From Candidatus Gottesmanbacteria bacterium (GTDB lineage Bacteria; Patescibacteriota; Microgenomatia; UBA10105; UBA927), in assembly GCA_023245335.1 (NCBI GenBank), contig JAHFKK010000001.1:936019-1000018 (forward strand): a DNA stretch of 64,000 nucleotides. The letters are read 5' to 3'. Shown in pieces: positions 20,233 through 29,861 of this stretch. The translations under genes and the position numbers were made by a program. Within the stretch, counting starts at the first letter, position 1; every line of letters starts with the position of its first letter. Below the pieces are notes generated by a model that searched no databases, was not told the DNA's origin, and saw only the letters and a list, made by a program, of their open reading frames with translations.

Positions 20233-20739
20233 TTAAAACGGAATGTCATCCGGATTTACATCCTCAGCTCCCGTCGGTTTCCCGTCTGCTTTCGGCTCTT
20301 CTTTCACGGCCTTTTTCTTCGGTGCCGCTTCTTCTACCGGCTTCTCGACTTTCGGCTCATCGACTGGTGCCGTCTGCCCTTCGTCTCCTGCCGTAATCGG
20401 GCGCCTCGAGTCCAGTACGATCATGTCTTCTATGACGATCTCTGTACTGGTCCTTTGCGAGCCGTCTTGGGCCTGCCAAGCGCTCGTCCGGAGCCTGCCC
20501 TCGACATACACTTTGCGTCCTTTGGCGAGCAACTGGCTGCAGAGTTCTGCGAGTTTGTTCCAGGCAACCGCCCGGTGAAACTCTGTCTCTTCCTTCTTCT
20601 CTCCGCTGTCGGTGACCCACGTCCTATTCGTCGCTATGCCGATCGTACAAACTGCGGCTCCGGTCGGTGTATACCGTAATTCCGGATCCCGGGTCAGGTT
20701 TCCGATGAGCGTGACCTTGTTAAGACTTCTGCTCGACAT
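20233..20739 (-). CDS. ssb: Single-stranded DNA-binding protein
   Basis: NKVTLIGNLTRDPELRYT, C-terminal DDIPF. Confidence 0.98.
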   Translation of the reverse strand: MSSRSLNKVTLIGNLTRDPELRYTPTGAAVCTIGIATNRTWVTDSGEKKEETEFHRAVAWNKLAELCSQLLAKGRKVYVEGRLRTSAWQAQDGSQRTSTEIVIEDMIVLDSRRPITAGDEGQTAPVDEPKVEKPVEEAAPKKKAVKEEPKADGKPTGAEDVNPDDIPF

Positions 20740-20759
20740 ATACCCTCCTTCCCAACCTA

Positions 20760-21098
20760 TTACTCCTTGCCCGCCATAGCATTCTTGTCCGTCGTAGTTT
20801 TAACGGAGGCGGACGCGTCGGCGGGTTTGACCGTCAAAAGGAATCGTAATATTTCTTCCATGAGTTTCGTCTTTTTCTCTATATCGCCTGTTTTGAGTGT
20901 TCCCTCGACAGTAGCAACAAGATATGTCGCTTCCGTTTGCTTTTTGATGTCGTAGGCAAGATGTTTTTTGCCAAGAGAGGTAACTTCTTTGACTGTGGCG
21001 CCATCACCCACGAGTTTTTTCACAAGATCAGTCTGTGCTTTCTCCGCCGTCATGTCGACTGCGGGAGAAACCAAAACCATAAGTTCATACGTTGTCAT
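20760..21098 (-). CDS. rpsF: 30S ribosomal protein bS6
   Basis: YELM, GKKHLAYDIKK, ILRFL; rpsF-ssb-rpsR gene order. Confidence 0.92.
   Translation of the reverse strand: MTTYELMVLVSPAVDMTAEKAQTDLVKKLVGDGATVKEVTSLGKKHLAYDIKKQTEATYLVATVEGTLKTGDIEKKTKLMEEILRFLLTVKPADASASVKTTTDKNAMAGKE
20770..20825. repeat. Nested palindromic (REP-like) element within the 3' end of rpsF
   Basis: Outer CCCGCC...GGCGGG; inner GTCCGTCGTAGTTTTAACGGAGGCGGAC hairpin (20787-20814). Confidence 0.6.
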
Positions 21099-21141
21099 AG
21101 GAGGAATCTTACCATAGGGAGGCTAAAAATCCAAGGAGGAA

Positions 21142-22209
21142 TCAGCTTCCAATCTTAAATTCGACCACATCGCCGTCCCGCATTTCGTATTCTTTGCCTT
21201 CACTTCGCACTTTGCCCTGCTCGCGGGCCTTTACCCAACCCCCTGCTCCCACAAAGTCGGTTAAGGACACGACATCCGCCTTGATAAATTTCTTCTCAAA
21301 GTCCGTGTGGATGACGCCTGCGGCCTGCGGCCCTTTCGTACCCTTCACGATCGTCCACGCACGCGATTCGATGATCCCGCACGTGAGAAACGATATGAGG
21401 CCAAGCATCTCGTAGGCTTTCGCGATCAAACGGTCGAGTCCGGACGCGTCGAGTCCGAGTTCTTTAAGGTACGCAACCTGCTCATCGACCGCCATGCTGG
21501 CAAGTTCCGATTCGGTCTTCGCGCAAATCATGATCGAAGGTTGTACGTCGCCTTTAACCGAATTCAGTTGATTTTCCGACACGTTATAGACGTAAAGAAC
21601 GGGCTTCATGGAAAGTAACTGCAAATCCCGGACGAGAATGCGCTCTTCCGAATCCGTAATCACCTCGCGCGCGGGTTTACCGGTATTGAGTCCCGCGATG
21701 AGCTTCTGGATGAGGACCCAGCGTTCCTGGATCTTCTTGTCATTCACGCCTCGGGGTTCGGCCTGCTTGGTAAGCGTCTGGAGGTCAGCGAGTACTAGCT
21801 CCGTCTCCACGATCTCCCGATCGCGCCCGGCATCCACATCCCCTGCCACATGCACGACGGAAGGATCTTCAAAGAATCGAAGCACGTTGACGATAAGGTC
21901 CGTTTCCCGGATATGCGACAGGAATTTATTTCCCAGTCCTTCCCCCACCGATGCACCCTTCACCAATCCTGCAATATCAACAAATTCTACGACCGCGGGA
22001 ACCAGGGGCGGCAGTTTCCCTTCCGTCGCTTCGACTACTTTCGCTAAAGCCGCTAAACGATCATCCGGCACGGGCACGACGCCGATATTCGGTTCGATCG
22101 TCGTAAACGGATAATTCGCCGCCTCCGCAACCTGCTTTTTCAAAAGCGCGTTAAATAGCGTGCTTTTCCCCGCGTTTGGAAGTCCGACTATCCCTATCTG
22201 TAGTCCCAT
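21142..22209 (-). CDS. ychF: Obg-like ATPase YchF
   Basis: GLPNAGKST, NYPFTTIEPN, DIAGLVKGAS.GEGLGN, C-terminal TGS domain. Confidence 0.98.
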   Translation of the reverse strand: MGLQIGIVGLPNAGKSTLFNALLKKQVAEAANYPFTTIEPNIGVVPVPDDRLAALAKVVEATEGKLPPLVPAVVEFVDIAGLVKGASVGEGLGNKFLSHIRETDLIVNVLRFFEDPSVVHVAGDVDAGRDREIVETELVLADLQTLTKQAEPRGVNDKKIQERWVLIQKLIAGLNTGKPAREVITDSEERILVRDLQLLSMKPVLYVYNVSENQLNSVKGDVQPSIMICAKTESELASMAVDEQVAYLKELGLDASGLDRLIAKAYEMLGLISFLTCGIIESRAWTIVKGTKGPQAAGVIHTDFEKKFIKADVVSLTDFVGAGGWVKAREQGKVRSEGKEYEMRDGDVVEFKIGS

Positions 22210-22225
22210 ATGCCATGTACTCCTT

Positions 22226-22885
22226 TCATAATATTTCTAATTCAGAAATTGCATTTGCTGCAGAAACCAACTTCGCTTGCAGTGACTTATCTTGTTCTAG
22301 CATAACCAGATACAAGTCGATTGCTTGAATAAGATCATAGTATAAGCTATTAATTGATATCGCTAGGTATTCACTTTTATCATCTGGTCCAGAAATCTTT
22401 CCTACATGCCTGATTCCAGAAACTTCAATCTGCCCAATTCTAACTGTAGCATTCTCTCGTAGTCCCTTATAAGCAAGCCAAAATAGAGCCCGGCCATCTT
22501 GCTGAAGAAATGACTTCGGCTGGTACAAATGAACTAAACCATGTCTATACATTTTGTAAAGAACCTCGCCATTTAACTTGTAATAAGGATCAATTTTTTC
22601 ACCCATTACCTCCTTGATAAATTTAATTGACTGATCTGAAGTGGATATTTCTCTTATTTTTCCTTTGCTGTTCTTAAATTTTTTATCCAACTTCTCGTCA
22701 TACCCGCTATACAAAGTTCCTAAAAAATCGATAAAACACAGAATTTGACGGCTGGCACCAAAGTAACCACCTTGGTCTTGTCCAATATGGAGAATCGGTG
22801 CAATTTCGAGAAGTATTTGCTCCTTCAGTTCTTCTCCTAGAAAACTCTTCATTCTTGCCAAGCTCATGTTTTTATCTATTGCCAT
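22226..22885 (-). CDS. AT-rich hypothetical protein with a HEPN-like RxxxxH motif
   Basis: YRHGLVH motif, helical composition, visibly more AT-rich than its neighbours. Confidence 0.55.
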   Translation of the reverse strand: MAIDKNMSLARMKSFLGEELKEQILLEIAPILHIGQDQGGYFGASRQILCFIDFLGTLYSGYDEKLDKKFKNSKGKIREISTSDQSIKFIKEVMGEKIDPYYKLNGEVLYKMYRHGLVHLYQPKSFLQQDGRALFWLAYKGLRENATVRIGQIEVSGIRHVGKISGPDDKSEYLAISINSLYYDLIQAIDLYLVMLEQDKSLQAKLVSAANAISELEIL

Positions 22886-23206
22886 ATTTTTGCTTTTCTT
22901 AAATTCGGTAAAACAAAATTAAACCTAAATCGTATCGATGGGATAGTGCAATGTAGTTCTCGACTTTCAGATTCATGATGGAATTGTATCAGAGTGGTGA
23001 ATATTTTGTGAATTCAGGTGACAAGGAATTTGAACGTATATGGCTAAGGACGCTGTTACTATAAATTATTTGGCGCAAGTATTTCCGAACAAAGCTATAT
23101 TCCACGACACAGGTCAGCACCAACATACGTTTCTCTGACCATCAAGGTCCACTTCGTATGTTTTCTAACTGTGTATTGAATTCCCTCTTGTACTACAATG
23201 AAGTAA

Positions 23207-24082
23207 GTGGACAAGTTGGACAAGGTCATAGAGGATATCACTTCCCTGAAAATCCAGGGAGCGACGAACGTCGCACTCGCGGTCCTCGACTATATAGAAG
23301 AAGCGATCACCACAAACCCCAATCACTCCCCGCCTGACATAGAGTACCTGGGGACCAGACTCGCCTACGCAAGACCCACCGAGCCGCTCGCACAAAATGC
23401 GATCCGGTATATTTTTTCCGATACGTCCGCATCCCTCGTTTCCAGAATCACGCACTACCGGACATTCATCCAGGAAGGCAAACGGTCCATCCCGGCAAAC
23501 GGCAAACCGCTTCTCGTAGACGGCGGATCGTATCTCACGCTCTGCCACTCGTCGACCACCGTATCGCTTTTCCGCGAGGCACGGGCGGGCGGCGCGATGT
23601 TTAGCATGTACGTCGCGGAAACGCGGCCTCTTTATCAGGGCAGGATCACCGCCAATGAACTCATCCGCTTGGGGTTTGATGACATCACCATGATCATCGA
23701 TGACGTCGCGGTCTCCTTACTTGAAGGCCGCAAAGGCAAAATCGATGCGGTATTTATCGGCGCGGATCTCCTAGCCGATACCGGGTTTGTGAATAAAGTC
23801 GGAAGTCTCGCCGTGACGGCAGCTGCGCATCGCAACCACATCCCCGTGTATTCGTTATCGACATTACTGAAATTTGACCCGCGGCCATACACCCCGGCAG
23901 TCATCGAAAAGCGGGACTCCCATGAGATATGGGACGACGCGCCTAAAGAACTGCAATTTTACGCGCCTGCGTTTGACTACGTGCCGTATTTTCCGAACGT
24001 CCACATCGTCTGTGAGGCTGGCATCATTCCGGGCAAGAAAGTAAAGTCAGCCGCAGTAAAACAATATCCGTTCCTGGCATAA
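23207..24082 (+). CDS. Ribose-1,5-bisphosphate isomerase (eIF-2B-like)
   Basis: IQGA, ARPTEP, TLCHSS (catalytic Cys), ETRPLYQG, IGAD (catalytic Asp), NKVGS, PAFD; adjacent to RuBisCO. Confidence 0.88.
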   Translation: MDKLDKVIEDITSLKIQGATNVALAVLDYIEEAITTNPNHSPPDIEYLGTRLAYARPTEPLAQNAIRYIFSDTSASLVSRITHYRTFIQEGKRSIPANGKPLLVDGGSYLTLCHSSTTVSLFREARAGGAMFSMYVAETRPLYQGRITANELIRLGFDDITMIIDDVAVSLLEGRKGKIDAVFIGADLLADTGFVNKVGSLAVTAAAHRNHIPVYSLSTLLKFDPRPYTPAVIEKRDSHEIWDDAPKELQFYAPAFDYVPYFPNVHIVCEAGIIPGKKVKSAAVKQYPFLA

Positions 24083-24089
24083 TAAACCT

Positions 24090-25328
24090 ATGGCTAATCC
24101 CTATCAGCACTACTTATCGCTCCATGAATCGGTCGATCCCACGAAGCACATCATCGCGACATTTGCGCTCTCGGTAACCGGTGAGCCGTTTGACCAGACC
24201 GCAGGGGGTGTCGCTGCGGAATCATCGGTCGGTACGTGGACGGATGTCGGGCTTGAGGACAAAAAAATCTGGGATATGCTGCACGCGAAAGTGACCGACG
24301 CGGATGAAAAGACGGGCACGATCACGATCGCCTATCCCCTTGACCTTTTTGAACCCGGCAGTATCCCGCAGCTTCTCTCATCTATTGCAGGCAACGTCTT
24401 CGGGCTCAAGGAAATATCACGTCTGCGGCTTCTCGACCTCGCGTTTCCGGAAGTCTACGTCAAAAGCTTCCCCGGCCCGGCGCTCGGCGTAGACGGCATC
24501 CGCAACCTCACGGGTGTCCGTGACCAACCGATCCTGGGGTCCATCATCAAACCCAAACTGGGACTCTCAAGCGCCGACCACGCCAAAGCCGCGATGGAAG
24601 TTTTTGATGAAGGCATACACCTCGTCAAGGACGACGAAAACCTGACCAGCATGTCGTTCAACAACTTTTACACCCGCGTGGATGAAGTGACGGACCGCAT
24701 GAATGAGAAGCATTATCTGGAAATCGGCAAGGCAAAAGTATACGCGTTTAATATCACGGCAAGTTACGAAGAAATGATGAAACGGGCAAACTACGTCCGG
24801 GACAAAGGCGCTAATTGTCTCATGATGGATGTCCTGACCGCAGGATTCAGCGGGGTCGCCGGCATACGAAATAGGAACTACGGCCTCATGATCCACGGAC
24901 ACCGCGCCATGCACGCGGCATTTACCCGGTCCCAAGAATACGGCGTCACCATGATGGTCATCGCCAAACTCGCGAGGCTCACTGGCGTCGACTCGTTTCA
25001 CACCGGCACCGTCGTCGGCAAAATGCAGGGCGGCAAGGATGAAGTGGTCAAGATCAACAATTTCCTCCGCTCGGATTGGTATGGCCTTAAGCCGGTACTG
25101 CCGACCGCTTCCGGCGGACTCCACCCCGGACACATTCCGGACCTTATGCACATCCTCGGCAACGATATGCTCCTCAACTTCGGCGGAGGCATCCACGGGC
25201 ATCCCGACGGCACACCCGCAGGCGCAAGGGCCGTGGTCCAGGCGACCTATGCAACACTATTAGGCGTTCCCCTCGCCCAAGCGAAAGAAAGCAAAGAACT
25301 CCAACGCGCACTCGAAAAGTGGCAATAA
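24090..25328 (+). CDS. rbcL: RuBisCO large subunit, form III-type
   Basis: AAESSVGTWT, IAGNVFG, KPKLGL, VKDDEN, HGHRAMH, HTGTVVGKM, SGGLHP, GGGIHGHP. Confidence 0.93.
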   Translation: MANPYQHYLSLHESVDPTKHIIATFALSVTGEPFDQTAGGVAAESSVGTWTDVGLEDKKIWDMLHAKVTDADEKTGTITIAYPLDLFEPGSIPQLLSSIAGNVFGLKEISRLRLLDLAFPEVYVKSFPGPALGVDGIRNLTGVRDQPILGSIIKPKLGLSSADHAKAAMEVFDEGIHLVKDDENLTSMSFNNFYTRVDEVTDRMNEKHYLEIGKAKVYAFNITASYEEMMKRANYVRDKGANCLMMDVLTAGFSGVAGIRNRNYGLMIHGHRAMHAAFTRSQEYGVTMMVIAKLARLTGVDSFHTGTVVGKMQGGKDEVVKINNFLRSDWYGLKPVLPTASGGLHPGHIPDLMHILGNDMLLNFGGGIHGHPDGTPAGARAVVQATYATLLGVPLAQAKESKELQRALEKWQ

Positions 25329-26302
25329 TGTCATCCTTTATGCGGCGCATATTCGCACTCGCTTTACTCGCCCTCCTCTCTATCGCGCTTGCCACAGCCA
25401 TCGCAATAGTAGTGTCGAGGTACATCGCAATAAAAACGCATTTCGTCACCAACATTCCGAAAGACTCGCTCACGTACCCGTCTCCAAATGCCCCGAAATA
25501 CTATTACGAACCCAAGCCAAACTCGACAAGTTCCGAAAAGCCTGATTGGCTGCCCTATACGGCGACATACACATATAATAATGAGGGATTTAATACTGCG
25601 GCCAACGTTTCAGCCGATAAACCGGACCATGTATTCCGCATTATCGCCTTGGGCGATTCTTTCACGTTCGGGCAATATGTAAATACCGCCGATAATTATC
25701 CTTCCCTGCTAGACACTCGGCTCAACAGTACGGCGTGCACGAAACAAACGAAATTTGAGGTACTTAATTTGGGGATGTCCGGATATGATCTCCAGTATGC
25801 GGTCGAACGCTTCGCCCGCCACGGACAACCATACCATCCTGACCTTGTCATCTGGCTCATCAATGACTTTAATCTATTGCAGATACACGAACTCCTGACT
25901 CCCCTGGAACAAACGATCATCCAAAATACGACAGATTCGTCAAGGCAAAAATATTATGCGGAAAACGATTATTATTTCGCCCGCATCCAGGCGACTGCTG
26001 ACCTGCAAAAAAAATACGGGCAGGCAAATATTTTGGACCAGCAAAAACAATTTCTCGCCCGGCTGACTTCCGTATATCCGGGACCGCTTGCGCTATTTAT
26101 GTTTACGGCCCCGATGACCGGCCCGAGAACTATCGTCCGCGACTACATAGCGGCACGAAAAAACAGTTACTTCGCAGAGCTGCCAAACCTGACTGATACG
26201 TCTTTGTTCCCTGACGGGCATCCGAGTAAAATAGGTCAGACAGCAATCGCAGACGGCGTGTACACCTATCTCACGTCCCATAAGCTTGTTCCCTGCCCAT
26301 AA
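25328..26302 (+). CDS. Membrane-anchored SGNH/GDSL hydrolase
   Basis: N-terminal TM, LGDSFTFG, NLGMSG, DGHP. Confidence 0.85.
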   Translation: MSSFMRRIFALALLALLSIALATAIAIVVSRYIAIKTHFVTNIPKDSLTYPSPNAPKYYYEPKPNSTSSEKPDWLPYTATYTYNNEGFNTAANVSADKPDHVFRIIALGDSFTFGQYVNTADNYPSLLDTRLNSTACTKQTKFEVLNLGMSGYDLQYAVERFARHGQPYHPDLVIWLINDFNLLQIHELLTPLEQTIIQNTTDSSRQKYYAENDYYFARIQATADLQKKYGQANILDQQKQFLARLTSVYPGPLALFMFTAPMTGPRTIVRDYIAARKNSYFAELPNLTDTSLFPDGHPSKIGQTAIADGVYTYLTSHKLVPCP

Positions 26303-26308
26303 CACACC

Positions 26309-27772
26309 ATGAAAATCCGGCTCCACATCATCGCATTTCTTGCCGGCATACTTCCTTTCGTCTTTCTCACCAAGGCACTTCTCTTCACCAATCCTCCGGT
26401 CTGGCCGGATGAACCGGTATTTACGTCGATCGCAAAGCATGTTGCGGACACCGGCAAAATCGGCACCGTCATATACGGAATCAATGATTTCAAAACCGAC
26501 CAGGGATCATTTCCCTACCCGCCGGTGTATTTTTGGGTGTTGGGAGCGTGGGGGAAATATTTCGGATTCTCTATCGCATCTGTTCGCGCGTTATCGATCG
26601 GTATCGCACTCCTCACCCTCCTTATTCTCTACGGCATACTTATCGAGCTCTTTAAAAAACCATACGTCGCCACCATAGGGCTTATCCTCATTACGACCGA
26701 TATTTGGTTTAACCGAATTTCCCGGCTCGGCCGGATGGAAATATTAGTAAGCTTCTTTACCGCCGCCGCCTTCTATGCGTTTCTTATCATGCGAAGACAA
26801 AAACGGATACGCGCGGGTCACATCCTCCTCACGGGCGTGCTCGCTGCCGCCGCGTTTCTCACGCATCCCATAGGCATACTCGCGACCATGACGATCTCCG
26901 CGCTGACCGTCATGTCCCGCATACGCAAAAGCGACAAAATCAAAATAATTTCCTGTTTGGTTATTTGCCTTACCGCCCTCACCGGCATATGGCTCGTAAG
27001 CTTGGGCACGATATTTCCGTATTTCCTGAAAGAGCTTCGCTACGCGGCGCTTCGCAAGTCAACGCTCCCGCCATACATCCTGCATCTTGTCACCACGTCC
27101 GACGTCTGGAAATATATATGGCTCGGGCACCTCACGCTCTTTGCTATCGCGCTCAACCAGATCTATAGGCGGAAAAAATATTCCGTACTGTTTTTTCTCG
27201 TTCCTGTCATCCTCGCGTACGGTCTTGTCTATTTCGGGACAGAGATGTGGTACATAGGATATCTCCAACCCTGGATGACGTTCTTCTCTATCGCGACCCT
27301 GCTCTCTATAAATAAGCGCACGCTGTTGTATCAGTTCACTGTTCTTCTCATTATTGTCATAACCGTTATCAACGTCATCATGTTCGGGACAAACGCCGGC
27401 GTCTCCGACACCATCCATGCCGCCGGTGGGAATTATGCAAAGTTTTCTCAAGCTGTCGATAAAGAAGTACCCCAACGTGCACGGGTGCTTGTCTCCGTGA
27501 TCCCGGATCCGACGTATCTCCTTTGGGAAAAAAGGAGTACTACCGGCGTATTGGAATTTTTCATGCCTCCTCTGAACACCGCATCGAATTATAAAAAAAT
27601 CCTCGATACTGTCGACGTAGTCGTCGCCAATAAGTTTCTTGAACCGATGCTGCCGTCCTATGTACGGCAAAATACCGCAGGGACTCCGAGGACGATATAC
27701 TCCGGGGGCTATTCCGCAACCGTATATATCCTGGTACCCAAAAACCAGCGCGTCTACACCGCGGGCAAATAG
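26309..27772 (+). CDS. ArnT/PMT-like GT-C glycosyltransferase
   Basis: WPDE loop, YPPVY, multiple TM helices, RME. Confidence 0.85.
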   Translation: MKIRLHIIAFLAGILPFVFLTKALLFTNPPVWPDEPVFTSIAKHVADTGKIGTVIYGINDFKTDQGSFPYPPVYFWVLGAWGKYFGFSIASVRALSIGIALLTLLILYGILIELFKKPYVATIGLILITTDIWFNRISRLGRMEILVSFFTAAAFYAFLIMRRQKRIRAGHILLTGVLAAAAFLTHPIGILATMTISALTVMSRIRKSDKIKIISCLVICLTALTGIWLVSLGTIFPYFLKELRYAALRKSTLPPYILHLVTTSDVWKYIWLGHLTLFAIALNQIYRRKKYSVLFFLVPVILAYGLVYFGTEMWYIGYLQPWMTFFSIATLLSINKRTLLYQFTVLLIIVITVINVIMFGTNAGVSDTIHAAGGNYAKFSQAVDKEVPQRARVLVSVIPDPTYLLWEKRSTTGVLEFFMPPLNTASNYKKILDTVDVVVANKFLEPMLPSYVRQNTAGTPRTIYSGGYSATVYILVPKNQRVYTAGK

Positions 27773-27824
27773 GGACAAGGGGCAATCGCCCATTCCCTGT
27801 ATACCTATCGGATATCTAGAAACA

Positions 27825-28583
27825 TCAAGGACTCACTCGTCTTTTGGCATCAATAAGAAATTCGTTTTTATCTTTCGGGTCAAGAAAATCTACAGTAAAA
27901 TTTGCCATCTCGCGCTGGGAATACCGGGACGGATTGCCATCAAATACGGTCCGTTTCTCAGGCCTGATAGCGGTAAGCGGAGATCGGGCGAGTCCGTTCG
28001 GATTGACGAAGAATGAAACGCTGTCGTCGTTATTCCATCCAGTTATAAACCGAAACCCGACCGCTTGTGCTATCTCGCGTAGCCGGCCATAAAAAGAAGT
28101 GGCTATCCGCTTATGCTGGAGATCAGTTCTATCCGTATAATCAGAGACGCGCAGCTGACCGTTCCCGTAATTTGCCAAAATTATTTTCAGAAACACGAAA
28201 TCATGGAAATTTATCCCATCCTCCAATACGCTTGGGTACGCGTTATGAAACGCATCCACTCCCCGCGGAACGGGAGTACTATGATCCATGTTGTACTGTT
28301 CCTGATACGCATAAAATACTCTCCGACTGCTGACCGGTCGTTTGCGGCGCTCCGCTACTACAAACTCCAGCTTTCCCGCCATCCGCGGCAGACGGACCAC
28401 GCGGACTTTTTCAGGATCCTCGGCGAAATCAAATATGCGGGGTGCAGCGAAATACCGTAATGCACGCTTAGGGATAATAAATTTTTGAAATTCAGGAGGG
28501 TTGAGCGCCTTATAAAAAGCCTGCCGATCCTGCGCTAGTATAGCCGGTGTCGTTGTTGATTCGTGTGCCATACTCTTATGCAT
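27825..28583 (-). CDS. Hypothetical protein, possible C-terminal GNAT fold
   Basis: LQHKRIA...GFRFITG..N...FF resembles GNAT motifs A/B. Confidence 0.45.
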   Translation of the reverse strand: MHKSMAHESTTTPAILAQDRQAFYKALNPPEFQKFIIPKRALRYFAAPRIFDFAEDPEKVRVVRLPRMAGKLEFVVAERRKRPVSSRRVFYAYQEQYNMDHSTPVPRGVDAFHNAYPSVLEDGINFHDFVFLKIILANYGNGQLRVSDYTDRTDLQHKRIATSFYGRLREIAQAVGFRFITGWNNDDSVSFFVNPNGLARSPLTAIRPEKRTVFDGNPSRYSQREMANFTVDFLDPKDKNEFLIDAKRRVSP

Positions 28584-28627
28584 AAGTCCCTTTGGAAATT
28601 ATCGTGAAGAATTGTACCATAGATCTT

Positions 28628-28852
28628 ATGAAACTCACGATCATCGCCCACCCCAACGCCAAAAACCCCCGCGTAGAAACGGATCTTTTGGGGACACTCC
28701 ATGTCTATGTGAACGCTCCTCCTTTGGAAGGCAAAGCAAACAAGGCGGTCGTTGAGGCGCTTGCCGAGTATTATACGGTGAAGAAAAGCGCAATTACGCT
28801 CCTCTCGGGCCATAAATCCAAAAATAAACGGTTTGAGATCATGGGCATATAA
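28628..28852 (+). CDS. DUF167 (YggU-like) protein
   Basis: PNAK, APPLEGKAN, G.KSKNK. Confidence 0.9.
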   Translation: MKLTIIAHPNAKNPRVETDLLGTLHVYVNAPPLEGKANKAVVEALAEYYTVKKSAITLLSGHKSKNKRFEIMGI

Positions 28853-28889
28853 CGCATCGCTCCCAGCTAGCATGGGAACGATATACACG

Positions 28890-29111
28890 TTACCCTTTCA
28901 GGCTTTGGTCTTCTGCCGAGCGTTCTCGACGATGATCCCTATCATACTGTGCGCCTATTCGCCGCGCTTCCCGTACGCTCAAACCACGGGACTGGGCATT
29001 TCTCCAAATACTAAAACGTATTGCCCTGCGCATCCGTGCATCATGTAACCGTTGCTCTGCGGCTTCCATAAGACCAAGTGCTCCGTAATGAATTTGTTCT
29101 ATTAGCTTCAT
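28890..29111 (-). CDS. Small hypothetical protein
   Basis: Strong SD AAAGGAGGTG upstream of ATG 29111. Confidence 0.55.
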   Translation of the reverse strand: MKLIEQIHYGALGLMEAAEQRLHDARMRRAIRFSIWRNAQSRGLSVREARRIGAQYDRDHRRERSAEDQSLKG

Positions 29112-29213
29112 ACCACTCACCTCCTTTCGTTATCGGAGCATACAAGGGAGATGTTGATATGTAAAATTTAGGGATATTTGTTACTTTTATATGATTGTGT
29201 TATATTTATATTA

Positions 29214-29861
29214 ATGATAAAAATAACTGACATAATTAAAGAAATGCTCGAGGCTGATGACGTGGCCCGAGAAGCTTTGAAGCTCAACTATCTCAACCTT
29301 TCCGCCTACGCCAAGCGGATACGTCCGAGTATCGAAGCCAAACTCTATAAACCCGTTGCCATGGGATCGATGATCGTAGCGCTCTCACGACTACAAAAGA
29401 CGTTTGAGGCGGAACCGGACTATCGCCCGGCTATACGTATAGAAACCATGTCCATACACCCCAACCTCGCCGAAATTACGTTTGAAAAAACCACCGACAC
29501 CCTGTCCGCAGCTTCCACACTAAAGGAGGCGATCACCAATACGGACGCGTTTTTTGCCGTGACCCAAGGAACGAACGAACTGACCATGATCTTTGACGCC
29601 AAACACGTCACGGAAGTACTCGCCCATTTCATGCGCAAGCCCAAAGGCCAGTATGCGGCCCTGACTGCCGTCACGGTCCGTTTCGTGGAGGCAGACTATA
29701 TAGAAGTACCCAATATGATCTTCACTCTGGTCTCCGCGCTCGCCGTCAAACGCATCAACCTCATCGAAATAGTCTCCACATTTACGGAGTTATCCTTTAT
29801 CGTGCGAAGTAAAGACGCCAACCGCACGATCGAAGCGCTATCATCGTTTTTGTCCGCTTAA
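29214..29861 (+). CDS. ACT-domain protein resembling the aspartokinase regulatory domain (stand-alone)
   Basis: LNLSAYA..I N-terminus; QGTNELT; C-terminal INLIEIVSTFTEL. Confidence 0.7.
   Translation: MIKITDIIKEMLEADDVAREALKLNYLNLSAYAKRIRPSIEAKLYKPVAMGSMIVALSRLQKTFEAEPDYRPAIRIETMSIHPNLAEITFEKTTDTLSAASTLKEAITNTDAFFAVTQGTNELTMIFDAKHVTEVLAHFMRKPKGQYAALTAVTVRFVEADYIEVPNMIFTLVSALAVKRINLIEIVSTFTELSFIVRSKDANRTIEALSSFLSA

Noticed and set aside
24090-25328. RuBisCO as evidence of a Calvin cycle
   Set aside because: No rbcS or PRK in the window; the isomerase neighbour indicates nucleoside salvage.
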